Positions 27,020 through 35,454 of a DNA stretch of 64,000 nt are shown piece by piece. The stretch is from assembly GCA_027081405.1 (NCBI GenBank), contig JALWKO010000026.1, positions 100 to 64,099 on the forward strand, in the 5' to 3' direction. The position numbers and the translations under genes were made by a program. Below the pieces are notes generated by a model. That model ran no database searches and was not told where the DNA came from. It worked only from the letters and a program-made list of their open reading frames with translations. Within the stretch, counting starts at the first letter, position 1, and the number at the start of each line of letters is the position of its first letter. The DNA comes from Campylobacteraceae bacterium (GTDB lineage: Bacteria > Campylobacterota > Campylobacteria > Campylobacterales > Sulfurovaceae).

Positions 27020-27026
27020 GGCCGAG

Positions 27027-27869
27027 ATGGGGGCGGCGGAAGCAAACGGACCCCTGCTGGAGCGCTTCGGAGACTACCTGAGCATCCACAAGGGGCTGGG
27101 TGAACGGAGCGTCGCCTCCTATCTGGGGGATTTGCGCCAGTTCGCCGAAGCCTTCGGCCGGCCGCTGCCGGAGGCCGACAGCGAAGCGGTCCTCGCGTTC
27201 CTCTCCCGTTTCGGGAACAAACGGACCCTCAATCGCAAACTCGCTTCGATCAACGCCTTTTTCGATTTCTGCCACCGACAGTCGCTGGGGGAGAAGCGCT
27301 TTTCGATCCCCGCGGCCCGTATCCCCAAACACCTCCCCCGATATCTCAGCCACGAAGAGATCATGCAGGGGGTTTCCCGGATCGACCGCTCGAGCCCTCT
27401 CGGGCGGCGGGATTACGCGTTGATCTTGTTCCTCTACGCCAGTGGGGCGCGGATCAGCGAAGCGTTGGCCGCGGAACGGAGAGATCTGGTCGACGGGTGG
27501 CTCAAGATCCGCTACGCCAAAGGGGAGAAGGAGCGGATGGTTCCCCTCGCCCCCGTCGCGTTGGAGGCGCTGGAGGAGTACCTGACCCATGCCGACATCA
27601 CCAGCGAGAAGATCTGGCTCAACTATCGGGGGGAACCGCTGAGCCGGGTCAGCGCCTACAAAATCACCAAAAAATATCTGGGGGTCTCCCCCCACGTACT
27701 GCGCCACTCCTTCGCTTCGGCGCTGATCCTGGGGGGAGCCGACCTGCGGGTGGTGCAGGAGCTCCTGGGGCACGCTTCGCTGCTGACGACCCAGATCTAC
27801 ACCCACATCGAACGGGAGCATCTGGAAAACACGGTACGGCGCTACCATCCGATGGGGGAGGGGCGATGA
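27027..27869 (+). CDS. site-specific tyrosine recombinase (XerC/XerD/XerH type)
   Basis: 280 aa with the catalytic region HVLRHSFASALILGGADLRVVQELLGHASLLTTQIYTHI. Start taken at MGAAEANG. Confidence 0.9.
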   Translation: MGAAEANGPLLERFGDYLSIHKGLGERSVASYLGDLRQFAEAFGRPLPEADSEAVLAFLSRFGNKRTLNRKLASINAFFDFCHRQSLGEKRFSIPAARIPKHLPRYLSHEEIMQGVSRIDRSSPLGRRDYALILFLYASGARISEALAAERRDLVDGWLKIRYAKGEKERMVPLAPVALEALEEYLTHADITSEKIWLNYRGEPLSRVSAYKITKKYLGVSPHVLRHSFASALILGGADLRVVQELLGHASLLTTQIYTHIEREHLENTVRRYHPMGEGR

Positions 27870-28198
27870 AGGAACTGGTGGAGCGGCTCGCCCGCCGGGG
27901 GATCGTCTGCCGGCGTCTGGAACCCTATCCCCTGTCCCGACTGGGGAGTCGCAGACGGATCGACCTCTACCTGGGGGTGGGGACCGACGGGTACTACTGC
28001 ACGGTGGTGCATATCGCACGCAAAAGCCGCATTTTGCGCAAGGACGCCCAGATCTTTCAGGATCTCCGCCATGCGATGGAGGAGAAGGAAGGGCACCATA
28101 TTCCCCGGGCCTACACCCTCATCGACGCGCCGCTGTGTTCCAAGGCCAAAACACAGCTGGAAGAGTGGGGGTGGAAGGTAATTATGGGTAACGGATAA
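27866..28198 (+). CDS. hypothetical 110 aa protein, translationally coupled to the recombinase gene
   Basis: ATGA overlap with the recombinase stop. Coding-like composition. No family recognised. Confidence 0.5.
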   Translation: MKELVERLARRGIVCRRLEPYPLSRLGSRRRIDLYLGVGTDGYYCTVVHIARKSRILRKDAQIFQDLRHAMEEKEGHHIPRAYTLIDAPLCSKAKTQLEEWGWKVIMGNG

Positions 28199-28202
28199 CG
28201 AG

Positions 28203-28368
28203 CAACTAGTAACTAGGAATGAGGAATGAGGAATTTTGGGGCGCTGCTGCGCAACGCGTGTTTATGGAGGCGGGACTTCATTCCCGCAAATTGTAGGCTC
28301 AAAGCCCAGCTCCCAATGACCAATGACTAATGACTAGTGACCCATAACGTCGCCGAAGGCGACACTTC
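28203..28368 (+). repeat. mosaic repeat element, compact full copy
   Basis: GAATGAG array, gcgctgctgcgcaacgc, ggaggcgggacttcattcccgc, ggctcaaagccc, CCAATGA array, GTCGCCGAAGGCGAC at 28349. Confidence 0.9.
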
Positions 28369-28599
28369 TTAGCCCTCTTCTTTGGACTTTTTGTACCGCA
28401 GGATCATCATTAGCGCTTCGTCCTTGAGGAGGAGTTTCTCTTTTTTGAGCGTTTCGATCTCCGGATCGCTCATGGCGATTTCACCTTCTTCTGCTTTGCG
28501 GATCGTCTCGTCCAGTTCGTTGTGTTTCTCGAAAATTTTGGTGAAGTGTGCGTCTTTTTGTTTGAGTTCGCTGATTTCATGGCGGTATTCCGAAAGCAT
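28369..28599 (-). CDS. DUF465 (YdcH-like) small coiled-coil protein
   Basis: 76 aa MLSEYRHEISELKQKDAHF... Strong SD aaggagg 5 nt upstream of the ATG at 28599. Confidence 0.7.
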   Translation of the reverse strand: MLSEYRHEISELKQKDAHFTKIFEKHNELDETIRKAEEGEIAMSDPEIETLKKEKLLLKDEALMMILRYKKSKEEG

Positions 28600-28699
28600 C
28601 CGTTCCTCCTTAGTTGCGGTATATGGATATTGTACCACTTTGCCCGAAGTTCCACCCATGGTATCATTGAAGTTCAAAACGTTCAATTGGAGGTAGTTG

Positions 28700-28870
28700 A
28701 TGGAAGAAAAAGTCCTCGAAGTGATGCGAAAAAGCGGCGAACCGATGAAAAGCGGCGACATCGCCAAGATCCTCGGCGTCGATGCCAAAGAGGTGAGCAA
28801 AGCGATCAAGAAGCTCAAGGAAGAGGGGAAGATCGACTCCCCCAAACGGTGCTACTACCAGGCGAAATAA
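28700..28870 (+). CDS. 56 aa winged-helix (MarR-like) DNA-binding protein
   Basis: Hand-translated: MEEKVLEVMRKSGEPMKSGDIAKILGVDAKEVSKAIKKLKEEGKIDSPKRCYYQAK. SD ggagg upstream. Below the ORF-track cutoff. Confidence 0.55.
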   Translation: MEEKVLEVMRKSGEPMKSGDIAKILGVDAKEVSKAIKKLKEEGKIDSPKRCYYQAK

Positions 28871-28880
28871 TCCGAATTTC

Positions 28881-28904
28881 CCGCTTGACAACTTTGTCAA
28901 GCGG
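28881..28904. terminator. perfect 10 bp hairpin ccgcttgaca-actt-tgtcaagcgg between convergent genes
   Basis: Lies between the wHTH gene (+) and argJ (-). Plausible bidirectional terminator. Confidence 0.55.
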
Positions 28905-28910
28905 AGTAAA

Positions 28911-28944
28911 ATTCCTCATTCCTCATTCCTCATTCCTCATTCCC
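28911..28944 (-). repeat. GAATGAG heptamer array (4-5 units, minus-strand sense)
   Basis: attcctcattcctcattcctcattcctcattccc, directly after the argJ stop. Confidence 0.9.
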
Positions 28945-30134
28945 TATGTTCTGTATTCCGCGTTGATTTTCACGTATTCGTAACTCAGATCGCAACCGTA
29001 GGCGGTGAAACTCCCTTTTCCTATCCCCAGATCGCAGCGGATCCGGAACGAATCTTGCTGCATGATTTTGTAGGCCTGCTCCTCCCGCTCGGGATCGAGC
29101 TCCCGGTGCTCGGCGTCGTAGATGAGCAGATCGTCGTAGTGGATCGTCAGCTTCTCCTCGTCGCACTCGATTCCGCTGGCGCCGATGGTGGAGGCGATCC
29201 GGCCCCAGTTGGGATCTTCGCCAAAGAGGGCGGTTTTGACCAGCAGGGAGTTGGAGAGGTTGGTCGCGGCGACGGCGGCCTCTTCGTCGCTGGCGGCACC
29301 GGTCACTTCGAAGGCCACCACCTTGTTGGCGCCTTCTCCGTCTTTGAGGATCAGCATCGCCAGCTCGAAGGTCAGACGCCGGAGAGCTTCGGCGAAGGCT
29401 TCCCGGTCGTAGACGCCGCTGGCGCCGTTGGCCATCAGGTAGACCGTATCGTTGGTGGAGGTGTCGCCGTCGACGCTGATCCGGTTGAACGACTGGGCGA
29501 CCGCCTCTTCGAGGAGATCTTCCATCTCGTCGGCCGGAACCGCGGCGTCGGTGGCGATGAAGCAGAGCATGGTCGCCATGGCGGGGTTGATCATCCCGGC
29601 CCCTTTGGCGATGGCCCCGATGCGGAAACGCTCGCCGTTTTCGAGCTCCACTTCGAAGCAGAGCTCTTTTTTGAAGCTGTCGGTGGTCAGGATCGCCCGG
29701 GCGGCGGCGTCGGAGTTTCTGGCGTTGTAATCGAGCCGGTCAAGGGCGTTGACGATTTTGTCAACCGGCAGGCGGTAGCCGATGACCCCGGTGGAGCTCA
29801 TGACGGGATGGTGGGCCTGCGCATCCTCGGGCAGTGCGGCCAGGATCGTTTCGATATCCCGGATCCCTGCTTCGCCGGTCATGGCGTTGGCGTTTTTGGC
29901 GTTGACGAGGATGAAGTTCCCTTCAAAGGTCTTGCCGTAACGGAGTGCGTGGCGGATGGGGGCGGCCCGGAAACGGTTGGTGGTGTACGTAGCGGCGATA
30001 TGGCAGGGGAGTTCGCTGCGGATGAAGGCCAGATCCCCCTGCTCGGGATCGGGGCGGAGCCCGGCGTTGACGGCGTCGCAGTAGAAGCCCCGGACGTTGG
30101 CCAGGCCGTTTTTGAGGGAGTAGAGGGTAAACAT
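28944..30134 (-). CDS. argJ: bifunctional glutamate N-acetyltransferase/amino-acid acetyltransferase
   Basis: 396 aa from MFTLYSLKNG. Autoproteolysis site context ATMLCFIATDA. SD ggag. Confidence 0.93.
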   Translation of the reverse strand: MFTLYSLKNGLANVRGFYCDAVNAGLRPDPEQGDLAFIRSELPCHIAATYTTNRFRAAPIRHALRYGKTFEGNFILVNAKNANAMTGEAGIRDIETILAALPEDAQAHHPVMSSTGVIGYRLPVDKIVNALDRLDYNARNSDAAARAILTTDSFKKELCFEVELENGERFRIGAIAKGAGMINPAMATMLCFIATDAAVPADEMEDLLEEAVAQSFNRISVDGDTSTNDTVYLMANGASGVYDREAFAEALRRLTFELAMLILKDGEGANKVVAFEVTGAASDEEAAVAATNLSNSLLVKTALFGEDPNWGRIASTIGASGIECDEEKLTIHYDDLLIYDAEHRELDPEREEQAYKIMQQDSFRIRCDLGIGKGSFTAYGCDLSYEYVKINAEYRT

Positions 30135-30322
30135 CGTTCGCTCCTGGATGACGAAGTGGCACGATTGTAGCATGAAGCGTGAGATTTTGTGGTTTGAGGG
30201 GTTCTTAAGTCGAATCGATCCATAATGATAAGGGGAAGGAGGAGAAGATGCTTCATTCGTTTATCGATTCAGTGGACACTGGTCATGAGGCAGGTATCGG
30301 ATCTGAAATCTAAGGATCGGAT

Positions 30323-31204
30323 ATGAAAAGCCTTGCAGTCGTTTGGCTCTTGAACGTCATGCTCCTGGCCGGGGATTGGAGAGCAATTCCCGCGATTTCC
30401 TCACATGAAGCGAAGGGGTATGGCGGTACGCCTGGAACTTCGAGATTGCTGATCCTTCCCAGGAGCTCTACTGCTCCAGTCGTATCGGGGGAACAACATT
30501 GGTATTATTAGGGAAAGACCCAGGACGGGATCTCTTCGACTTTGACAATCAACATCCGTGCAGACGGTTCGCTTGATGGGTTCTACACGCTGGAAGGGAA
30601 ATCCTCACCGCCGGGAAAGCCGTGTTGGGTCAAAGGGAGATTTCACTATTTCGGTCATTTGACCGGTACATTACGTCCGGCTGCCGTAGGGACCTTGGAA
30701 GCTGCGCGTGTATGGTGTCCCGGTAGTCCGCAGGGGTCGGGGATGAATGTTCCCGCCGAGCGTTTCCGGATGTGGTATGAACAGGAAAAGGGGGCCGTCC
30801 TGGATATCGGGGATCGACACTATCGAGTGATTTATCCCGATCCCTCGGTCGATCCGTTCTTCGGTGGAAACAGTGTCGCGTCTACAGGTTCTACGACATT
30901 CCCGGCGGGAAAATGGCAAACCACGTTTGGGACGATGGTCCTGCAGGTGCAAAACGGTCATATTCGTGGTGTCTATACCCATGATAACGGTCGTATCACC
31001 GGTACATTGAATGGTCGTCGCTTGGTATGTCGATGGTTCGAAGCTCCAAGTTATCGCCCCACACACGATGCGGGGGAATGTTATTTCGATTTTTCCAAAA
31101 ACGGCAAGACCTTTACCGGGAAATGGAGATACGGTTTCGGGACCGGAAAATGGGATGGGGAATGGTCCGGTTATCGGATAGATGGTCGTAACGGCGGTCG
31201 CTGA
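30323..31204 (+). pseudogene. secreted protein of unknown function split by one in-frame TAG (30509-30511), or two separate ORFs
   Basis: ORF 30323-30511 (signal peptide) and ORF 30542-31204 are in the same frame. Only one stop codon separates them. Confidence 0.4.
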
Positions 31205-31332
31205 TCATCGTTACAACGGAATGGAGGAAAGGGAATATGATCAAACAGTGGGATTGTCGAGAAACCGAACGATCTTTGCCGGTGAATCCGGTGGAGTGAA
31301 ACGGTACAAAAAACCAAAAAAGGAGGTGAATC

Positions 31333-31542
31333 ATGAAAACACATCGAAAAACTCTTGGAACAGTCATTATGGCGGCAACTTTGTTGGGTATCGGAGCGTT
31401 GCATGCCGTCGGTTTTCGAAGCGGACATTCGTCCACCAAAACGATGTGCTACAAAGCATGTAGCAAACATTATGATCACAATAGTTCTTCGTTCAAAGAC
31501 TGCATGCGTGATTGCATCCATACCGGTGTGGTTAAAGAATAG
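31333..31542 (+). CDS. small secreted protein with twin CX3C motifs
   Basis: 69 aa. Strong SD aaggagg 7 nt upstream. Signal peptide, then CYKAC and CMRDC. Confidence 0.6.
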   Translation: MKTHRKTLGTVIMAATLLGIGALHAVGFRSGHSSTKTMCYKACSKHYDHNSSSFKDCMRDCIHTGVVKE

Positions 31543-31572
31543 AATCACATTGTCGGGATAAAGGGGGGAGAA

Positions 31573-31896
31573 ATGAAGAAAACATTGTTTCTGAGCGTCA
31601 TGACGGTGAGTCTTTTGTTTGGGGATTGTCCGCCCAAGACCTTTGCGCGAGCGCCGGACAAGGTGCTGAAAAAAGCGGGCTGGGAGCTGCGGGCCTGGTT
31701 GACAGGACGGGGGACCCGGAGTCTGGGGATCTGGTACCGCCTCTACCACAACGGCAAAGAGGTCTGCCCCGTCGACGGAAATCGCACGATCGTCACGCCG
31801 CTGGGAAAACTGATCTACAAGGACAATCCCACCCCGTTTGACTGGCACGGATGGACGCCGGTGGACGACAGGAACCACATGTTGTTCATCTATTGA
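31573..31896 (+). CDS. small secreted protein or possible lipoprotein, unknown function
   Basis: 107 aa with SD gggggag and signal peptide MKKTLFLSVMTVSLLFGDC. Confidence 0.6.
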   Translation: MKKTLFLSVMTVSLLFGDCPPKTFARAPDKVLKKAGWELRAWLTGRGTRSLGIWYRLYHNGKEVCPVDGNRTIVTPLGKLIYKDNPTPFDWHGWTPVDDRNHMLFIY

Positions 31897-31963
31897 TAAG
31901 GTGTTATTCGGAAAAAAATCGGGGAAGTGGAGAAGTGTACGCGGCGATCCGGTAGGATCGTCG

Positions 31964-32176
31964 TTAGGCGATGTCGGCCTGCTCTTTGGCCGCTTTTTTG
32001 CGCATGGTGCGGAGGGTGGAAGCGGCGACCTTGATCTTTTTGCGGGTGCCGTCTTCGAGGGTGATCCGTACGGTGCGGAGGTTGGGAAGCTGCCGCTTCT
32101 TGGTCTTGTTGTGCGCGTGGGATACGTTGTATCCGACCAGGGGGCCTTTGCCCGTGATTTGACATCGTCTTGCCAT
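31964..32176 (-). CDS. rpmB: 50S ribosomal protein L28
   Basis: 70 aa [33 protein letters not shown]... Confidence 0.93.
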   Translation of the reverse strand: MARRCQITGKGPLVGYNVSHAHNKTKKRQLPNLRTVRITLEDGTRKKIKVAASTLRTMRKKAAKEQADIA

Positions 32177-32328
32177 CGTCAAGCCTTTTTGGAATGAAAT
32201 TTCGTTCGTTTCCGCACTCCGCGGGAATTCCCCACGGTGGAAAAAGTCTTGCGATTCTACCGGAGGGACCCTTAATTTTCGGTTAAGTATCCCGCTTTGG
32301 GTGGTATAATCCCTCCAAAAGGAGTCCA

Positions 32329-34689
32329 ATGAACGAATTGATCGTCCTGCCCACTTCCCGGGCAGTCCGGGAAGCGAGCCTTTCGTATTCGGAAGGTGAC
32401 GGGCTGATTCCCCGGATGATGACCCTGGGGGAGTTTTTCTCCCGTCTGGCCTTCGTCCCCGACGCGGCCCGGGTCGACCCGACGGCCCGGGTGCTCTATC
32501 TGCGGGAAGCGGCCGATTTCGAGGAGTTTTCCCGGATCGGGGGACGGCGGGAGCTGCTGCGGTTTTTCACCGAAAGCGACGATTTTTTCCGCTTTTTCGA
32601 AGAGCTGGCCCTGGAGGGGGTCGATCTGGAGACCCTGGCGCGCTGCGACGTCTACGCCGAGTATGCCGAACACATCGCGATCCTGGGGAAACTGCGGGAG
32701 AACTACCGCCGGGTCCTTCGGGAACACGGGTTGAGCGACCGGATGTTTCTCCCCGAAGCGGCCCGGTTCAACGAATCGTTCGTCGCCGGGTTCGAGCGGA
32801 TCACCCTCCATCTGAGCGGATTTCCCAGCCGTTTCGAAATGGAACTGCTCCAAAAGACCGCCGCGCGGACCCGGCTGCTGGTTTCGCTGCGTCTGGGCCC
32901 CTTCAACCGCAAGGTGCGGGAACGCTTCGCCGAAGCGGGGATCGAACTCCCCGACGGGGAGGGGGAGTGCCTCGTCGATATGAGCCGGCGGCACGTCGTG
33001 GAGTTTTCCCCCCGGCCGTTGCGGATCGAGGCGCGGGTCCTCTCGGTTTCGGAACGGCTCGATCAGATCCCGGCGGCGCTGGCGGCGATCGATGAGATGG
33101 TCCGATCGGGGATCGCGCCGGAGCGGATCGCCCTGGTCCTCCCCGACGAGACCTTCGCCGAAGCGTTTGACCGGTACGACCGGTGGGACAATCTGAATTT
33201 TTCGATGGGTTTCGATATCCGGCGGCGGCGGGAATACCGGGTGCTGGAGGCGCTGCAGGATTTTCTGGGAGGGGAGCGGGAACGGGCCGGTGCGCGGCTT
33301 GCGTTGCTGGGGGTCGATCCCGGGACGCTTACGGGATTTTCTCCCGATACGGTGAGCGACGCGGAGGGGTTTTTGGGCCTGCTGCACGGTCGCGCAGGGC
33401 TCCTTCCCGAAGGGGTCCTTTCCCCCGAGCTTCCCATCGAATCCCCCGCAAGGGAGCTGGCGCTGCAGGCGCGGAAGTTCCGGGAACTTTTCCGAAGTGC
33501 TCGCCTTCCGCTCCGGGAGTGGCTGGGGCTGTGGCTGCGGCAGATCGCTTCGGTGCGCATCGACGACGTGCGCGGGGGCAAGGTGACCGTCCTGGGGGTC
33601 CTCGAAACCCGTGGGGTCGATTTCGACGGAGTGGTGATCGTCGATTTCAACGAAGGGATCGTCCCCGCCTCCAGCGGAAAGGACCGCTTCCTCGATTCGC
33701 GGGTGCGGGAGTTCGCCGGACTGCCGAGTCGGCAGGACCGGGAGGCGCTCCAGAAACACTATTACGCCACGCTCTTGGAAAATGCCCAAAGCGCGACCAT
33801 CTGCCATACCGTCACGGAGACGGTGCTGCCGTCGCGATTTCTCTACGAGCTGGGGCTGGGGGAGGGGAAACACACCCCCGTCGATCGGCTATTGCTCTAT
33901 CCCGACTCCCGCCCGATCCACCCCGAAACCGATCCGGTGGTGGAATCGTTCGATCCCACCGCTCAGCGGTGGTCGCCCCGGAAACTGCGTACCTGGCTCG
34001 AATGCCGCCGGAAATTCTATTATCGCTATGTGCGGGGGCTCAGGGAATCGTCCGAGGAGTTCAACGAGGGGCTGGCCCTCCATACGGCGCTGGAGGAGTT
34101 GGGGTGGATCCCCGAGGTTTTCGCCGATGCCGAAGGGGCGCTCCGTGCTCTGGGACGGATCCTGGGGCGTGTTCTCCCGGACGATGCGCACGGGCATTAT
34201 CTCCATGCGCTGTGGCTGCGCCGCTGCCGCCCTTGGATCGAGGCGGAGGTGCGCCGCTACGAAGCGGGGTGGCGGATCGTGAAACTGGAAGAGCAGATCG
34301 ACGGGGAGTTCATGGGGTTTCGGTTCACCGGGCGGATCGACCGGATCGACCGCCGGGGAGAGGAGACGATGATACTCGATTACAAAACCGGCTCCACCGA
34401 CGAAGCGAACCGGAAGCGATCGCTCGAAAACGCCGTCGATTATCAGCTTCCCCTCTACCGGGTTCTGTTGCGACCACGCTACGGTGAGGTCGAAGCCTGT
34501 TTCGTCAAGCCTTTCGAGTTCCGGCCCTACGAGCCGCTGGCCGCACCGGAGGAGAAGGAGGAGCATCTGCGCAGGATCCTGGAGGAACTGGCCGGGCGGG
34601 AGAGCTTCAGAGCCGAGCGGACCGAGACCCTCTCCCGGTGCCGCTACTGCCCCTATCGGCTTCTGTGCGGCAGGGGGGAATACGCTTAA
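32329..34689 (+). CDS. addB: helicase-nuclease complex subunit AddB-like (PD-(D/E)XK nuclease with Fe-S cysteines)
   Basis: 786 aa. Nuclease motif [22 protein letters not shown]. Cysteines at WLECRRKF and [10 protein letters not shown] (C-x2-C-x5-C). Confidence 0.8.
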   Translation: MNELIVLPTSRAVREASLSYSEGDGLIPRMMTLGEFFSRLAFVPDAARVDPTARVLYLREAADFEEFSRIGGRRELLRFFTESDDFFRFFEELALEGVDLETLARCDVYAEYAEHIAILGKLRENYRRVLREHGLSDRMFLPEAARFNESFVAGFERITLHLSGFPSRFEMELLQKTAARTRLLVSLRLGPFNRKVRERFAEAGIELPDGEGECLVDMSRRHVVEFSPRPLRIEARVLSVSERLDQIPAALAAIDEMVRSGIAPERIALVLPDETFAEAFDRYDRWDNLNFSMGFDIRRRREYRVLEALQDFLGGERERAGARLALLGVDPGTLTGFSPDTVSDAEGFLGLLHGRAGLLPEGVLSPELPIESPARELALQARKFRELFRSARLPLREWLGLWLRQIASVRIDDVRGGKVTVLGVLETRGVDFDGVVIVDFNEGIVPASSGKDRFLDSRVREFAGLPSRQDREALQKHYYATLLENAQSATICHTVTETVLPSRFLYELGLGEGKHTPVDRLLLYPDSRPIHPETDPVVESFDPTAQRWSPRKLRTWLECRRKFYYRYVRGLRESSEEFNEGLALHTALEELGWIPEVFADAEGALRALGRILGRVLPDDAHGHYLHALWLRRCRPWIEAEVRRYEAGWRIVKLEEQIDGEFMGFRFTGRIDRIDRRGEETMILDYKTGSTDEANRKRSLENAVDYQLPLYRVLLRPRYGEVEACFVKPFEFRPYEPLAAPEEKEEHLRRILEELAGRESFRAERTETLSRCRYCPYRLLCGRGEYA

Positions 34690-35143
34690 TGATGGGGAAT
34701 GGAGAATTGAGGATGGAGAATTGAGGGGGCGTTCGATGGAGGCGTTTTGAATGAGAAATGAGAAATGAGAAATTTTGGGGCGCCGCAATGCGGCGCGGTT
34801 GGATGTTGGATTGCGGGGCGTTGTTTCACAACGCGTACTTTTGGAGGCGGGACCTCAGTCCCGCAATGCAGGGCTAAGTTGCTCCCAATGACTCTTTTAA
34901 TGAATAGCGAAGAGTGAAGAGTGAAGAATTGCGGTGTGCCGCACGGCGGTGCGATTTGATGGTGGATGTTGAATGTTGAATTTTGGATGATGGATTAAGG
35001 GGCGTTGCTTTGCAACGCGTTTTCAAACGTCAAAGAGGATCGAAGCCCCGTTCAAACGACAAACGACATACCCCCTAATGACCAGTGACCAATGACGTCG
35101 CCGAAGGCGACACTTCTTGCGACTTCCGGCTCAATGTTTTTAC
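34690..35143 (+). repeat. two tandem mosaic repeat copies
   Basis: Same ordered modules appear twice. Exact GTCGCCGAAGGCGAC at 35097. Confidence 0.9.
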
Positions 35144-35249
35144 CTTCATTTGTTTTTCTTTGTTCGCGCGACAAAGAAAAACGAAACGAAGCAAAGAAAA
35201 AGAAAACGCGAGGTACTGGCGTCTTGAAGAAGATGCCATGTGTGGTTGA
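35144..35249 (+). repeat. ~106 nt purine-rich two-hairpin module, copy 2
   Basis: Near-identical to 25972-26077. Most differences fall in a hairpin loop. Confidence 0.85.
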
Positions 35250-35454
35250 ATAAAAGATAGAAATGAGAAATCTCGGTGCGTTGCTGCGCAACGCTTTTTT
35301 TTGGAGGCGGGAATTCAGTCCCAGGATGAAGGGCTAACTTGCTCCCAATGACAAGTGACCAATGACGAATGACAAATATCGTCGCCGAAGGCGACACGTC
35401 TTGCGACTTGCGACGTGAGGCCCGTAGGGCCGTGCTTGCGACTTAAGAGGGAGA
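35250..35454 (+). repeat. mosaic repeat element, third copy in this spacer
   Basis: AAATGAG units, gcgttgctgcgcaacgc, ggaggcgggaattcagtccc, CCAATGA-type array, GTCGCCGAAGGCGAC at 35381, CTTGCGA array. Confidence 0.9.

Noticed and set aside
27027-27869. The tyrosine recombinase as a marker of a prophage or integrative element.
   Set aside because: There are no phage, conjugation or cargo genes nearby. The flanks are housekeeping genes. The sequence looks like the XerC/D/H type rather than a phage integrase.
28369-28845. The 158 aa ORF covering the DUF465 gene plus upstream sequence.
   Set aside because: Its N-terminal 82 codons overlap the oppositely oriented 56 aa wHTH gene and have no SD. 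The internal ATG at 28599 has a strong SD.
31171-31878. A minus-strand 235 aa ORF across the orphan islet.
   Set aside because: It overlaps two plus-strand ORFs that have strong SDs and signal peptides. It has no SD of its own and its sequence looks non-coding. I hold this rejection with less confidence than the others.
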